Positions 23,981 to 42,766 of a stretch of DNA of 64,000 bases are shown here, in pieces. Position 1 is the stretch's first letter; each line of letters opens with the position of its first letter. Origin of the DNA: the human T2T-CHM13v2.0 reference genome, Homo sapiens; NCBI RefSeq assembly GCF_009914755.1, contig NC_060947.1. One strand, 5' to 3'. The translations under genes were made by a program, and so were the position numbers. The notes beneath the pieces were generated by a model. It was not told the origin of the DNA and did not search any database. It was given only the letters and a program-made list of their open reading frames with translations.

Positions 23981-26865
23981 AATGAATCAAAATTCCAGTA
24001 CTACCTCCTCATTTTTCCTTTTTTTAATCTCCTCACTGTTTCTTGACAATTAATTTTATTGATAATTTTTATTTCTCTACATTTCTATATTAATGACTAT
24101 TTGTGTTAAATTGAATTAGATGTTTTTAAGGGTCCTTAAATTCTAAGAATCAATGATTTTTTGCATTGTTCTCTATGTATGTGTATAAAGCCCCCTACCC
24201 CCACCTCATTACACTAAAAGCTAATTGTAGCAAGAATCCCATCTTTCTTATTATTTTATGCACCAGATCCCTACTGTGTATAACACAGTTCTGGGTCTAC
24301 AAGGAGAGCACAGTAATTATTTCCTCACTTTAATATTCCCACTAGAAGAAGGCCACTGCTAACTGGGCCACCACACCACCCTCTGGGATTTCCAGCAGTA
24401 GTGGGCAAGATCTGAGTTGAAAATATAGTGCTGAAGTCATTATGCTAGACTCCTTTTTTTTCTTTTGAAATTATATTCTTAGAGACCCAGTGTTCCAAGA
24501 TAATAGGCCATGTGTGTGTTTTCACAGACTCATTGCCACATTCATGCAAGTTGCCAACCTCTCCAACTGTCTCTATCTTACCTACCAACTATAACCTTGA
24601 CCCTAACAGTAGGCAACCTCATTATTCTTTTCTATACCTCCTTCCTCTCCATCCTATATTCATACTTTGTCATGTCCCTGTTTTATTCCACCAAAGCAAA
24701 TAAAGAAGCAGGCATGTATGGTGGTCAGATTCATATTAAGGCAAAAGTGCCATCAGGCTGCAGAGGCAATGGGCTTCATCCTTCTCTGTGCTGAGCAAGC
24801 AGGCAAGTGTCTACCTTACCTAGCTGATTGATGAGGTGTCCATTAATTAGCATCTTAAGGCTAACACCAAAGAAAAACCACGGCCCATGAAGAAAGCTTG
24901 TGATTCATGATTCCCTTCTTTTAACTTTATTGCTATTACCTCACAGGAGACCACTGTAGCAAGCTCATTAAGCACTGAAATACCATTTGAGGAGATAGAT
25001 TGAAGAGTCAGTTATGAAAGGAGATCTAAAACTTGCTTGAGAAACGAATTATGATTAACTGAATGTAAACTTGAAGCCAAACAGAACAGTCACAGCACAA
25101 TTAAATGCAGCCGTGTTCCTTTTCTTCTGCCTCAGAGCACCAGTTACAATAGCTCTCCTTCCCTCCTATTTATTGACCTGTAATGAAATCTTGTTGGATG
25201 GGCATAATGGGAATTTTCGGAGTTGAGGGACTGTATTGTGTCTGGGTATACAGATGGTAATCATCTTTATTTATCTGTGACCCTGAAGTCACACCTACCT
25301 CAAGATAACTACCAGGCTATTAGCTTCTGTTCTCCCTTGAAATCTCAATAGCAATAAAGAGCGCCTTCCGACACTTGATCAGTCCTCGAAATGATCCTCT
25401 CACACTGTGTTTTATCTAGCCTCATATTTTATTAGGGTTAATATTGTCTGGGAGTTCAATCCTTGAGCTGAATGAGCCAAGGCGAGGTTTTTTTCTGTTT
25501 CCATTTGGCTTGTTGAGAGTGACTCAAGCAATTCAGTTGAAGTTGGGTACCTCAGTATTTTGTTAAGGGATTTTTGTTCAAATATCAAAGGCTATGTCTA
25601 CATGTACAAATCAGGTTGCCCAGATTCAGAGCACTGACTGGTTGAATTCTACTAACTGAAGGCAGTGAGAGGAAAAGAGTGGAGATAGTTTTAATAAATG
25701 CCCAAAATCAAATTTGACCAAATTATTTAAACATTAACCTCTTGATTCAGATTCAGTGTCACATAGGCAAAGCTAATGTCTTCATTTTGTCTTTCTTATC
25801 AAGAAAAAAAGCAGAAAGGAATAAACTTGGGGTGATCTTAATGTAGTATCTGCCACAATACTGGATATACTAGAGGCATTCCGTAAATAATTGTCGACTG
25901 ATTTATCTGCCAAAATATTATCTTCAAAATAGTAGCCTAACCTCTCACATCCCCTTGTGTGCTCACCCTAGCAGCTTTTTGGGGGAAGCTTAGTCATATT
26001 TTCATGAATAGAGCCAAAGTAAAATGAACTTTTGGGTATTTGGTTGTTTTTCTATACATATTTTATTATCTCTTCCTGGGTTCTGCCACTTAGTATTTCA
26101 TAATATCTGTACTTTTTAGTCTGTCTATTATACTTCATAGTGCAGCAAATAAAAGGATCAAGAATTTTCTTTGGAGAAAAAAACCCATAGAACATAATAC
26201 CAATATTTCACTTCAGTAGAGTCATAATTCACTGGATCTTTAATAATGTAACTTTTGCAGAAGGAAGAAATGTCAGACTTCTATCACTAAATCACCTTTA
26301 AGATAATGGCAGTTTTTGTTCTTCTCCACTATTTTGAGATCAATCCTACCCATTCAGAGGTCAGTGTTTTCATTATTTAGTACTTCAGTGTGATTTGGAT
26401 GCTTTCTCCCAGATATTTCCAAAAACTTCAGATAACAACATGATTATAGGGAAAAAGACATTTGGAGTGCATTTCCTCAGCTTCTCCCTTGTTGCATATC
26501 ATACAAAAGTAAGGTGTAGCTGGTATGCTGCCTGTGCTCACAGGAGCTATGGTGAGTTAACCTTGGATCTGCTAAAAACAGAAAATTAAAAATAAAACCA
26601 CCACCCTGACCTATGCACTCAAAGCACATTTAAACAAAAATAAAAATGAGATTCACAAGTACGTGAATATTGTTAAGAAGCATCTAGAAACTAGGATGTC
26701 ATTCAATAGCAGCCAATCTACATTCGTTCACTTTGGGTTAAATAAGTAAATCTGTATTTAGGATGTTACATATGTGTACTATCCACTACAGGGAAGGGCT
26801 GTATTTAATCTTCTCACATTTATCACATTTCACATGAAGAAGCTTCGTAGATGACTTCTTGTGTC

Positions 26866-27357
<492 letters not shown>

Positions 27358-28459
27358 AAGCAAGCATAGTAGGTATGTAATTAAAGTATTCTACAGTGGT
27401 CACTGATCTATCATTGATTCTATAAATGTTGTCATTTCAATGCTAAAACATAGGACCCCCTTGGAGTGCCACAGCAGCCATTATACCAAAATATATAAGA
27501 TTCTTTCCACATGACAGCATATTTGGGTGACAAAGGAGCACTGGAAGGCAAACTCTGCAAATCTTCTAACATGTTGCTTAGCCCCTGTCCTAATCTTTCC
27601 CATAGACTGCATGCTTGCTGATCACATCCAAAAAAAGATTTTGAAAACAATGCTTCATAGTGTGTTTACTAGACAAACAATGATAACATATCAGAACTAC
27701 AGAGGTACTCAAGGATCATGGAGTCCAGCTTCATTATTTGATCTCTATTCCCACTCTCCACTGAGCTGCTCCCTGGGTAATCTTTCCCTTTGTCCAAAAA
27801 CCCAATCTCTTTTGTACATTTTAACAATCTCATTTCTTGATAACTGCCTTGATAATGTCCCTGGTCCTAGCCACTGTCTCCTGTGGATTGCAGTAGCATA
27901 ATTTAGCTGATGTTTAAGAACACGCTTGATCCCTGACCCATCTGATTTACCAGCCACTGATCTTCCACCACTTTGCCTAGTCTTCTTAGTTGCTCTGGTA
28001 TGACATCCTACCATGATTTTTCCTTTAATTAACACCTTTTAGAAACTTTATAACATTTAATTTTCTTCTTCAGGTAAACGTCTTTTAGTCATTTATCTTA
28101 TTTAAGAGAAAGCAAAGGGCCTCAATCTCCACAGAGAATAGGATGTCAGGGTGCTAGGAAGACGATTCCTCTACTCCTCATTTCTTGATCCTGTCTACGT
28201 CTCTTGATAGATGGTTTCATGGCATCCCATCCACCAGACACCTGGGCCACTGCCCCAACTCTCTGAGCCAAGGTTATAAAATCACCACTGTTTTGGATTC
28301 CTACCTCCTCTACAAAGGCCAATGAACTTTTGAAGCTCCACATTTTTCTTTGAGATTATTTGAATGCTCCTAGCATTTGAAATGGTTGATCACTCCCTCC
28401 TCCTTGAAAAGTTCTCTTCCCTTGGCTTCTAGCATAAAATTTCCATGCTTTTCTGGTAA

Positions 28460-28495
<36 letters not shown>
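28460..28495. repeat. (TAA)n microsatellite
   Basis: About 11 units seen directly. Confidence 0.95.
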
Positions 28496-28844
28496 TAAAA
28501 AAAAGAGAGTTTCTTTGTTTGAAGCAGAGGTAGAAGTGGGGGTTGCTAAGTCCTGCCCTGAGTTTCCTACTTACCTTCCCTTACCCAGAGTGGACTTATA
28601 GTAATTCAATATAATCCCCAAAGTCTTCTAGACTTTAAAAAGTGTGAACTATAAGAAAACTGTTCTAAGAACTGTTCTGGGTGATAAACTGTATTTGCAT
28701 TTTAGATCACTCAGGGCTCAACTAAATTCTGTTACAGTAATCAGATGACTATCACTAATCAAAGACTTAGGTGTGTTTTATACATAGACACACACAAATT
28801 TGTGCAACAAGTTAGGAAGCATGTATTTCCATTAGGAGAAGCAA

Positions 28845-29090
28845 GCAATAATAACAGTAAAAGCAACTATCATTTATTGAGTGAACACTATGCATCAGAC
28901 ACCATGACAGGTGCTTTACTTTCCATGCATCATTAATTTATTGTTCACAGCAACCATGCGAGATAACTATGACTACTCCCATTTTACAGATAATGAAACT
29001 GGGGTCAGAGAAATTAAATAGGTTACTTTGCCCATCTAAGTGACGAATTGGCACACAGACCTCACTCACCTGAAAGCCTTTCTTCTTTTC
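28845..29090 (-). mobile_element. MIR
   Basis: cccattttacagataatgaaactggggtcagagaaattaaata. Confidence 0.85.
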
Positions 29091-30279
29091 ACCGTGCTGA
29101 GCAGCACTGAAATACTGTCTCAACAGAATGACTAAAAGACATTTACTTGAAATTCTGTATTTATTGCCAGTAGAGACAACGCAGTAGTAAAGCAAGGAAA
29201 TTCAAAAATAAAAGCTCCGCCAAGTAGCAGGGGTGGAAAAAACATGACATGACAAGTTGGGTGTTTCAAAGCAAAGGAGTCCAGTGTGCCACAAATCTTT
29301 TCAATATTGAACCACCCAAATGCTCTCTAATCAGCAGCAGCACAGACATTTTGGATTTCACTTTTGATATAAATGTAAAAACTCAGGGTCTAGTATCTCA
29401 ACACAGCTGTTTCAAGCCCCCTAGGGAAGGGCATTGAGAGAGAAAGCGGAGTGGGTATAGTGGAGATTTTGCCAGATGGTTCCTCTCCACATTAGACTCT
29501 CCTCAGCATATTTCATTTATTTAACTCTATCCTGTCTGGTACCTAAAAAGAGAGTTTTATTCTGAAGGCATTTTTTCCCTTACAACCTAGTGGGACTTGG
29601 CATTTTAATAGGCACTATCATGTATTCTGATTTCATAAACAATAGTTAGCTTTTTTGTTTTAATTTTTTAATTTATTTTTTCTTTTTTTTTTTTAACATT
29701 TTTTACCTGGAACGCATGGAATGGCAAGCCACCAGTCCATTCCAATAGGGCAGCTTTTTCACACCCTCAGTCATTTAACTGCTTTCCCAGCAGGCTGTTT
29801 GTTTCTGCAGTCAATTCCTTATTTATTTATATTAATATCAGTATTCAACCTCATCACCTCTTTCCTCCCCCTTCTCTCCTCCCTCTTTTTCTCTCTCTGT
29901 CTCTGTCTCCACTCACCCCTTCATATATGTTTCTATTTCTTAATGCCTGGAGAGTCTTCTGCTTTCGAATCTCTAATGACCTGCCTTTCTCTCCTTTCCA
30001 AGATGTCTGTTCCCCTTCTCTCTGTTTGCTAGTCTTGAAGTCTTGAAGATTCTATTTACCTTAATCTTTTCTCTCTGTGGGCAGCTATGATTTAATTGCT
30101 TCTATGGGTTTGACTCCTAGCCATGCCCACACTTTCCCCCAATACTTAAATAGGTTTCTATTTCAGAGTGTTCCCATTATTGCTTCCTCGAGCTCCATCC
30201 TTGACCATAAGTTTTTGAGCCCTACCTTGAGTGCTATGTGTGGTTATGCTAATCCTATACTCTTGTGGTTTTCAAACTA

Positions 30280-30465
30280 CTAGTGGTTTGGGGATTTTAT
30301 ATTAAGTTACTTCAAGCCACTACAGAGAGAGGAAGAGGTTCAGGGACCAAAACTAAGCAGAGCTTCAACCAGAGAAGTTCCACTTTTATCTGTTTTTTTT
30401 TTTAATATTAAATTTTACAGAAAATTTCATTTGAAACAATCTTCTAAAAAGATTTGAACTCTATA
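30280..30465. mobile_element. hAT-Charlie-type MITE relic
   Basis: ttccacttttatctgtttt...atttcatttgaaa...tttgaactc motif. Confidence 0.4.
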
Positions 30466-31469
30466 GATCTAACCTTTACCATTAGCCCAGACTTAGTAAC
30501 TCTACCTTTAATTTATGACTCAATCCACAGTCTTGGTGCTGACAGGTAACAAACTACAAATTACTTTGTGAACAAAGATAGGACATCAACTAAGAACAAA
30601 ACACATATTTGCACTCCATGCTGTCAACATTTGATATTGCTGAATTTTGTTTTATTCCAAAGAAAAAAACATGGGGATACATTTGATAATTTCAATAAAT
30701 GCTGCATCACCAGATAAACATTAAACTTGGAGTACTTCTACATGAAATAATATAAATGTAATAATAATATTAGAGATTTATTTCTGTAACCAGCTAAGGA
30801 GATGAAGTTTGAAATATTGAGAAAGGAACTGTGAGTAGCAATAGCATCCTAGACACACCGTAATTTAAATCTCCTTTCCCAAAGACAGTTTCTCCCTGAG
30901 GCTGGGAAAAAATGAAGATGGTGGCATGGATAGCAATCAAGTCACTGTAGCCTTATGACCCCTTTCAAAATAAAGCAAAGTGGAATGGGGAAGAAGGAGA
31001 TTCAGGGGAGAAAATATTTGTGGTCTTTGACTATATGAGTCTGAAATAACTTAATCTGGCTACCTAAACATATGTCTAGTTCCTCCCTTGAATATTCAAT
31101 AGGTACTTGAAACCTCAGTGTCTAAAGTGGATGCCACCATAAGGGGTCAACTGAATATATAGGTGTGGTGTTGCTCCAGATGTTAGTGATACCTGATTTT
31201 CTGCCAGGAGAAACCAGCAGAACTTTAAGAATTCACCTAGCTACAAAAAGCACAGTTTCTTTCAATGTAGTTTACAGCAAATAATTTATTTAACCTCACA
31301 GTTGGAGATAACCATTTTATCTATACAGCACGTGTAGTAGTTGATTTGCCTGAACCTTCCTAAGCTCCTTCTCAGAGCTTGTTCTCACAGTCCCTGATGA
31401 GGCTGATTGCTCTCCCAACCACCATAATTGATTAAACCTAGCATGGAAAATTGACCAATAACCAATTGA

Positions 31470-33715
<2,246 letters not shown>

Positions 33716-34016
33716 AACATGAGTGTTTTTCCTACAGAGAACAAACAATATTTCATTTCATCAATGCTAGGAAAATGCCTTGGCTAATATTTTTAATGAA
33801 GTGGATCACTTGTGTTTCTGGTTTTTGCTAAACTAAACTAAATGGGATACATCTAGAAATGTGAAATATTTTTAATGGTGCCAACTACCTGTCTCTCACA
33901 CTGAAATGCCTCCAAGTGTCTGGTAAGTGACATTCATGTGTGAATTGGTTCAAGAAGAATACTATAGCAATAAGGAGTGGTGAGGCCTGTGGCAAATTGG
34001 AAAGTGTATTCAAATC

Positions 34017-34019
<3 letters not shown>

Positions 34020-34051
<32 letters not shown>

Positions 34052-34125
34052 GGTCTGTACAAATACATACATACACATACATACACATTCATATTCTCTC
34101 TCTCTCTCTCTCTCTTTTTCTCTCT
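34020..34125. repeat. (TG)n, (TACA)n and (TC)n simple repeats
   Basis: Seen directly. Confidence 0.9.
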
Positions 34126-35021
34126 CCCCACCCCCTGCCACCCCAACCCCATATTGGGGCTAAAGTTATCAAATTTTCAGCATCTGCTGAGGAATCTGAG
34201 CAGAAATCATCTTACCTACATTAGCTTTTCACCTTTATCTTTGCATCCTCAAGGCATACCCCTGCCTGAGCCACAGAATTGCACGTCTACTAAAAATATG
34301 TGCTATCATCTCAGGAAATTCTTTGTGGTTTTTCTCCTGCCTCATTGGTTTCTTCTCCTCAGCCTTTTTTGCTAGGCCCTTATCTTCTTCACAATCTTCA
34401 AATGAAGTGTCCCCACAGCTCAGTTCTAAGACTTCTGCCTTTTTCTATATACTCTCTTTAGATTATCTCATCTGGTCTCATGGCATTATATGCTATCTTT
34501 ATGCTGATGATGTTCAAATTTATACACACAGACTGGACTCTTCCCTGAAAAACAGACTCAAATGTTCAGCTTCCTATCTGACATTGTCTAATAGGCATCT
34601 CAAAATTATCATGTCCAAAATCAAAATCTTCATTTTCCCTTCACAACCTGGTTTTCCCAAAGAATTCCCATCTCAATTAAGGCTAATTTTATTCATCCAT
34701 TTGCTCAGGTTAAAAACTTTGGAGTCATCCTTGACTACTCTCTTTCACACTCCATAGCCAGAAAATATCTAGAATATCTAATGTCTATTACTATGACAGG
34801 GGCGCAAATCACCCTCATATTTCACCTGGGTTATTGCAATAGTCCCCTAACTGTTCTTCCTGCTTCCACTCTTGCTGTCATGCAGTCCATTCTTCCAGAA
34901 GCAGCCAAAGTGATTCTTATAAAATCAGGTCCATACATTCTTTGATCTTTCCTCTACCTCTCCGTCTTCACCTCCTGTCACTATATCCCTTGCTCTACTT
35001 TGCTTCAGCCACAATGGCCTC

Positions 35022-35715
35022 TGTGGTAAGCAGTCTTTATTAAATGGTCCCCAATTTTTTCCACCTGCTGGTATTCACATTTTTGTATAATCTTCACCCC
35101 TTAAGTGGCTAATGGACTTAGTGACTTGCTTCTATCAAATAGAATATGACAAAAGTAATGAGATGTCACTTGAGATATTGGGTTAAAAAAAGAATCTGTA
35201 TTTCATCTTGTTGATTCTCTCTTGCTTTCTTGCTTGCTTGCTCTGAGGAAAGACAGCTGCCACATTGTGAGCTTCTCTATGGACACTGCCACATGCAAAG
35301 CGACTGACAGATACCTCTGACCAAAAGCCAGCAAGTAACTGAGGACTTCAGGTGAACACCCTGGGAGAACTCAATCCTGCCAGCAGCTGTGTGAGTAAGC
35401 TGAGAAGTGGATCCTCCCCAAGTCAAGCCTTGAGATGTCTATAGCCTGGCTGGATTGCAGCCTTGGGTTTCCCTGCAGCACATGGAACTGGAGCTTCCTT
35501 TAAATCCAGTTCTGTGGCTGATAGGAGTAAATAGTCTTACAAAGAGGATGTGGAGCTCTGAAGCCTAGTTTAAATATACAAATCTAGATTTAAATCTACC
35601 CAGTTAAATTATACCTATATTATTGACCTACAGGTATGATGGTATAATAAATAATTTTGTCTTAGGCTACTATGTGTTAGGGTAACTTGTTACATAGCAA
35701 TATATAATTAATATA
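35022..35715 (+). mobile_element. MLT1 (F/G/H-like) solo LTR with a foreign insert at ~35464-35598
   Basis: tgtggtaagcag...ttgttacatagcaatatataattaatata; TSD gcctc / gcttc. Confidence 0.75.
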
Positions 35716-35887
35716 GCTTCCTTGAACATACCAGGAACACTCCTAAAATAGGGCTTTTGTATTAACTATTCTCTCTGCCCATGGTAGGTATTCTTTCTCC
35801 AGATAGTCACATGGTTCTCTCCCTCACCTCCTTCCAGCTTTGCTCAAATGTCATCTTCTCAAAGTAGGCTTCCCTAATCACCCTTTA

Positions 35888-36247
<360 letters not shown>

Positions 36248-37359
36248 TCATACCTGTTTTTGTTTTTCTCTATGTCAATTACCCCAAGAAGGAAGGAAGG
36301 GAAGGAAAGAAAGAAAAAATATAAAATGCCTCCTCAGTGCTTCTGATACCCTCATACCTGTTTTTATTTTTCTCTATGTCACTTACCCCCACATGACATA
36401 TTATATATTTATTAAATTATTGTCTGTCTACCTCATTAGAATGCAAGTTCCAGAGAAGACGGTGACATTATCTGTTTTGTTCATACTATATGCTATCGCC
36501 TAGAACTACTCCTGGCACATGAGGGACACCGCATAAATGTCTGTTCGATGAATAAATGAGTTTCCAGCTTCACACATTGTAAGTTTCTCTATAAAGGAGG
36601 CCATGTAGAAAATGACTGACAGATGCCACAGGGAATTTTTTAAGATATTGCTCAGGTGTGAGGCTTTAATCAAGAACCAAGAAGATATTTCCACTGATAC
36701 ATCAGTCTCAGAGGCATGGGAAGAGGAGTACAAATAATACAGAAGGTCATAAAAACCAATATAAAATAATACAATTATATTAGGAGTATAAAAAGTGGTT
36801 TCTAGAACAGTATCTGGAAATAGAATGGTAGAGATAGAAGTAATTATAAATGATCATACTAGGACATATTTTGAAACAAAAGTTGACAGAATTTAGTGAT
36901 AAACTGAATTTTGCAGTGTGAGAGAAAGAGGGAACTAATGCTCAACTAAAGAGAGAACTAATACTCCAAGACCTCTGGCTTAAACAACTAATGAATGGTT
37001 GAAGTTGCCTTTCAGAAAGTTAAGTAACATTGTGGGAAGAGAAGCTTTGTGCGATGTGGGGCAGTAGAAAATCAAAAATTCTTATTTGGATATGTTGAAT
37101 TTGAGGCATTTTTAGATTTCCAAATATAGAAGTTGTAAGCTATAGTATATATCTGGTTATCATGCATAGGACTGGATGAATTCCCCTAAGCAGTATGTAT
37201 ATATAAAGAAGAGAGTGGAAGGTTTAGGCCTGGAAATACTCCAATCAGAGTTTAGAGAGAGGAGGATGACTCAACAAGAAATACTAAGAAGGTGGAATAT
37301 CAAGAGTGTGGCATTCCAGAAATCACATAAAGAAAGTGTTTCCAACAGAAAGGAGAGCA

Positions 37360-37768
37360 TGAGGGCATGGAAATGTTCCACTCAAATGTCCTTTGCAAGG
37401 GTATAGTGGACCAGAAACCTCAGTTTCCTCCTTTGTGTATCCATCATGGCATTTGTGTTAAGGACATGCTTCCCTCAGGCTCTTGCCAGCCATGACTGAC
37501 CATAACGGGGGTTCTACTGTAGAATGTGGGACTCTGCAAATGGGCGACTGTGGCTCAAAGACTTCTCTGAGTCTTTTCCTACAACATACTCCTTCTTTCC
37601 TTCCTTCCTTTTCCCCTTTCACAGGTTTCTGACCTGCATTGAAGAATGAGGCTCTCCCTACCTCCTCCTGCTCCTTTCCTTTTATCAGTCATAGATATTT
37701 TCCTTACTAAGTCTATTATGTCTTTAATTCCATCTTGGCATCTGCTCCTAGGAAGACACAAGTTAACA
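37360..37768 (+). mobile_element. LTR16-like ERVL solo LTR
   Basis: 3' end tccatcttggcatctgctcctaggaagacacaagttaaca. Confidence 0.6.
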
Positions 37769-37882
37769 TCAACAGACTAATTGTACCAATAACACTGAGA
37801 GGAAAATTAGAATAAGGAAAGCTATTCAGCTATTGGATTGAACAAGATGATGAACATTTGCGATGTTACCAGAAGCTGTTTT

Positions 37883-40790
<2,908 letters not shown>

Positions 40791-41099
40791 TACCAGAAGC
40801 TGTTTTAAAGGGTGGGAATGAAAATCTGATTGAAATTTGTTCAAAAGAGAGTGGAAGAAATAAGCCGGGCATACAAATGCTTATTTTTAATTTTGCTATC
40901 AAACGAAGCACAGAAATGGAGTGGAGCCTGAAGGAGGATATAAGGTCAATGGAGAAATTTTTAACATAGAACAAATAACAGCATGATTGTATACTGATGG
41001 TAATAATCCCTGAGTGGGAGAAATTTTATTTTGAAAGATGAAGAGGGGATAGCTGCTGGATCAAAATAATTGAGAAGGTGAGGAGGTGAGAGGAGATGA

Positions 41100-41508
<409 letters not shown>

Positions 41509-42766
41509 GAGTTTGTAGATTTGGTGATGGGAATGTAAAAGATTTTTTCTGATTACTTTTATTTCCTCAAAATAAAATAACCAGCTCAGGTTGAGGAGTA
41601 AAGGAGGCTTGTAAGGGAAGCAGACAAAAATAGTTGTCTGAGAAAATGAGAGTGCAAATTGACTTGAGAAATATGCTAGGACAGTATTAATGGCTCCTTT
41701 GAGTTTTATAGGTTTAAATTTAACACAGTCAGTATAGCTGTATTTTTTTTTCCAGGCAGGCTCTGCTGCTTATGTGTAGACACCAAGTTGGTGGAGTGTT
41801 AGATTAAACTAGGGTTAAGATTTTCTGGGTGAGTAGGATGGAAGGAGAGAGAAAGTAGCTCAATATTTTCCAAAACTGTGATTACAGTGATAGACCATGA
41901 GATCTAAGCATAATAAGGAAGAAATTACGGCATGAAGTAAGCCATGAACAGTGAAACAAGTTGAGGAGTCGATGGACTGGAAGTCTCAAGGTATTTGAAG
42001 TATTGTTGAGTTAGAGATACCAGATTAAGTAAGCTAGAAAGATATGAGGAAGTATTCAGAGAGTAAGATATTTTAAATCAAGTTTCTGGAGAGAGGGCTG
42101 TTTATTAAGGAATAACAAGGTCTAAGCTATGAGCACAGAAAGTATTGGCTGAGGTGGAGTGAAGGTCAAGATAACTCAAGGAGAACATGTCAAGAAATAG
42201 AGAAGTCAGAGAGTTGGAAGGATACCAACACGGACACTCAAGTTACCAAGAAAGATGAAAGGAGAAGGGACAAAGAGAAAGAAGTGAGCCAAAAACTAAA
42301 CTTTCCAGTAAACTATGGAGGATAGCCAGGGATTTAGTAAATGACTCTAGGCAGTCTGATGGATGAAGTTTCAATAGAGATTGGGTATTTAAAAGAGGAA
42401 AGAAGAGAAGAGAAACCTGAGGAACATGGGGTGTATGAGGAAAAACAGCTACCTCTTGTAAGGATTGCCGGGGAAGCCCTTTTCTCATAGAAAGCCAGGT
42501 TTCAGTTAGGACAATAATGAAAAGGGTGTTTACAGAAGATATCAGGGATATCGCTGATGACAGACCATGAAATGCAGCTAATGCATTAGAATGGATTAGG
42601 AGGTCAGGGAGTAGTAGGATATTGTGTTAGATTAAGATAATCTAGAGAATGAGGGATTACCTGAGGCTCGTATATCTGAGAGTGACTAAGGTAAACAAAC
42701 ACGTAAGGCACAAAGGGGTTGATCCTGGAATTGGGTTTTTTAAGGGAAGGTAGGTAATTACATCTG

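Noticed and set aside
28565-28660. Minus-strand acceptor/donor pair (ttttcttatag ... aag|gtaagt)
   Set aside because: All frames are closed and there is no transcript evidence.
33885-34375. Overlapping ORFs with CVCVCV/HTHTHT/SLSLSL
   Set aside because: Translations of dinucleotide microsatellites.
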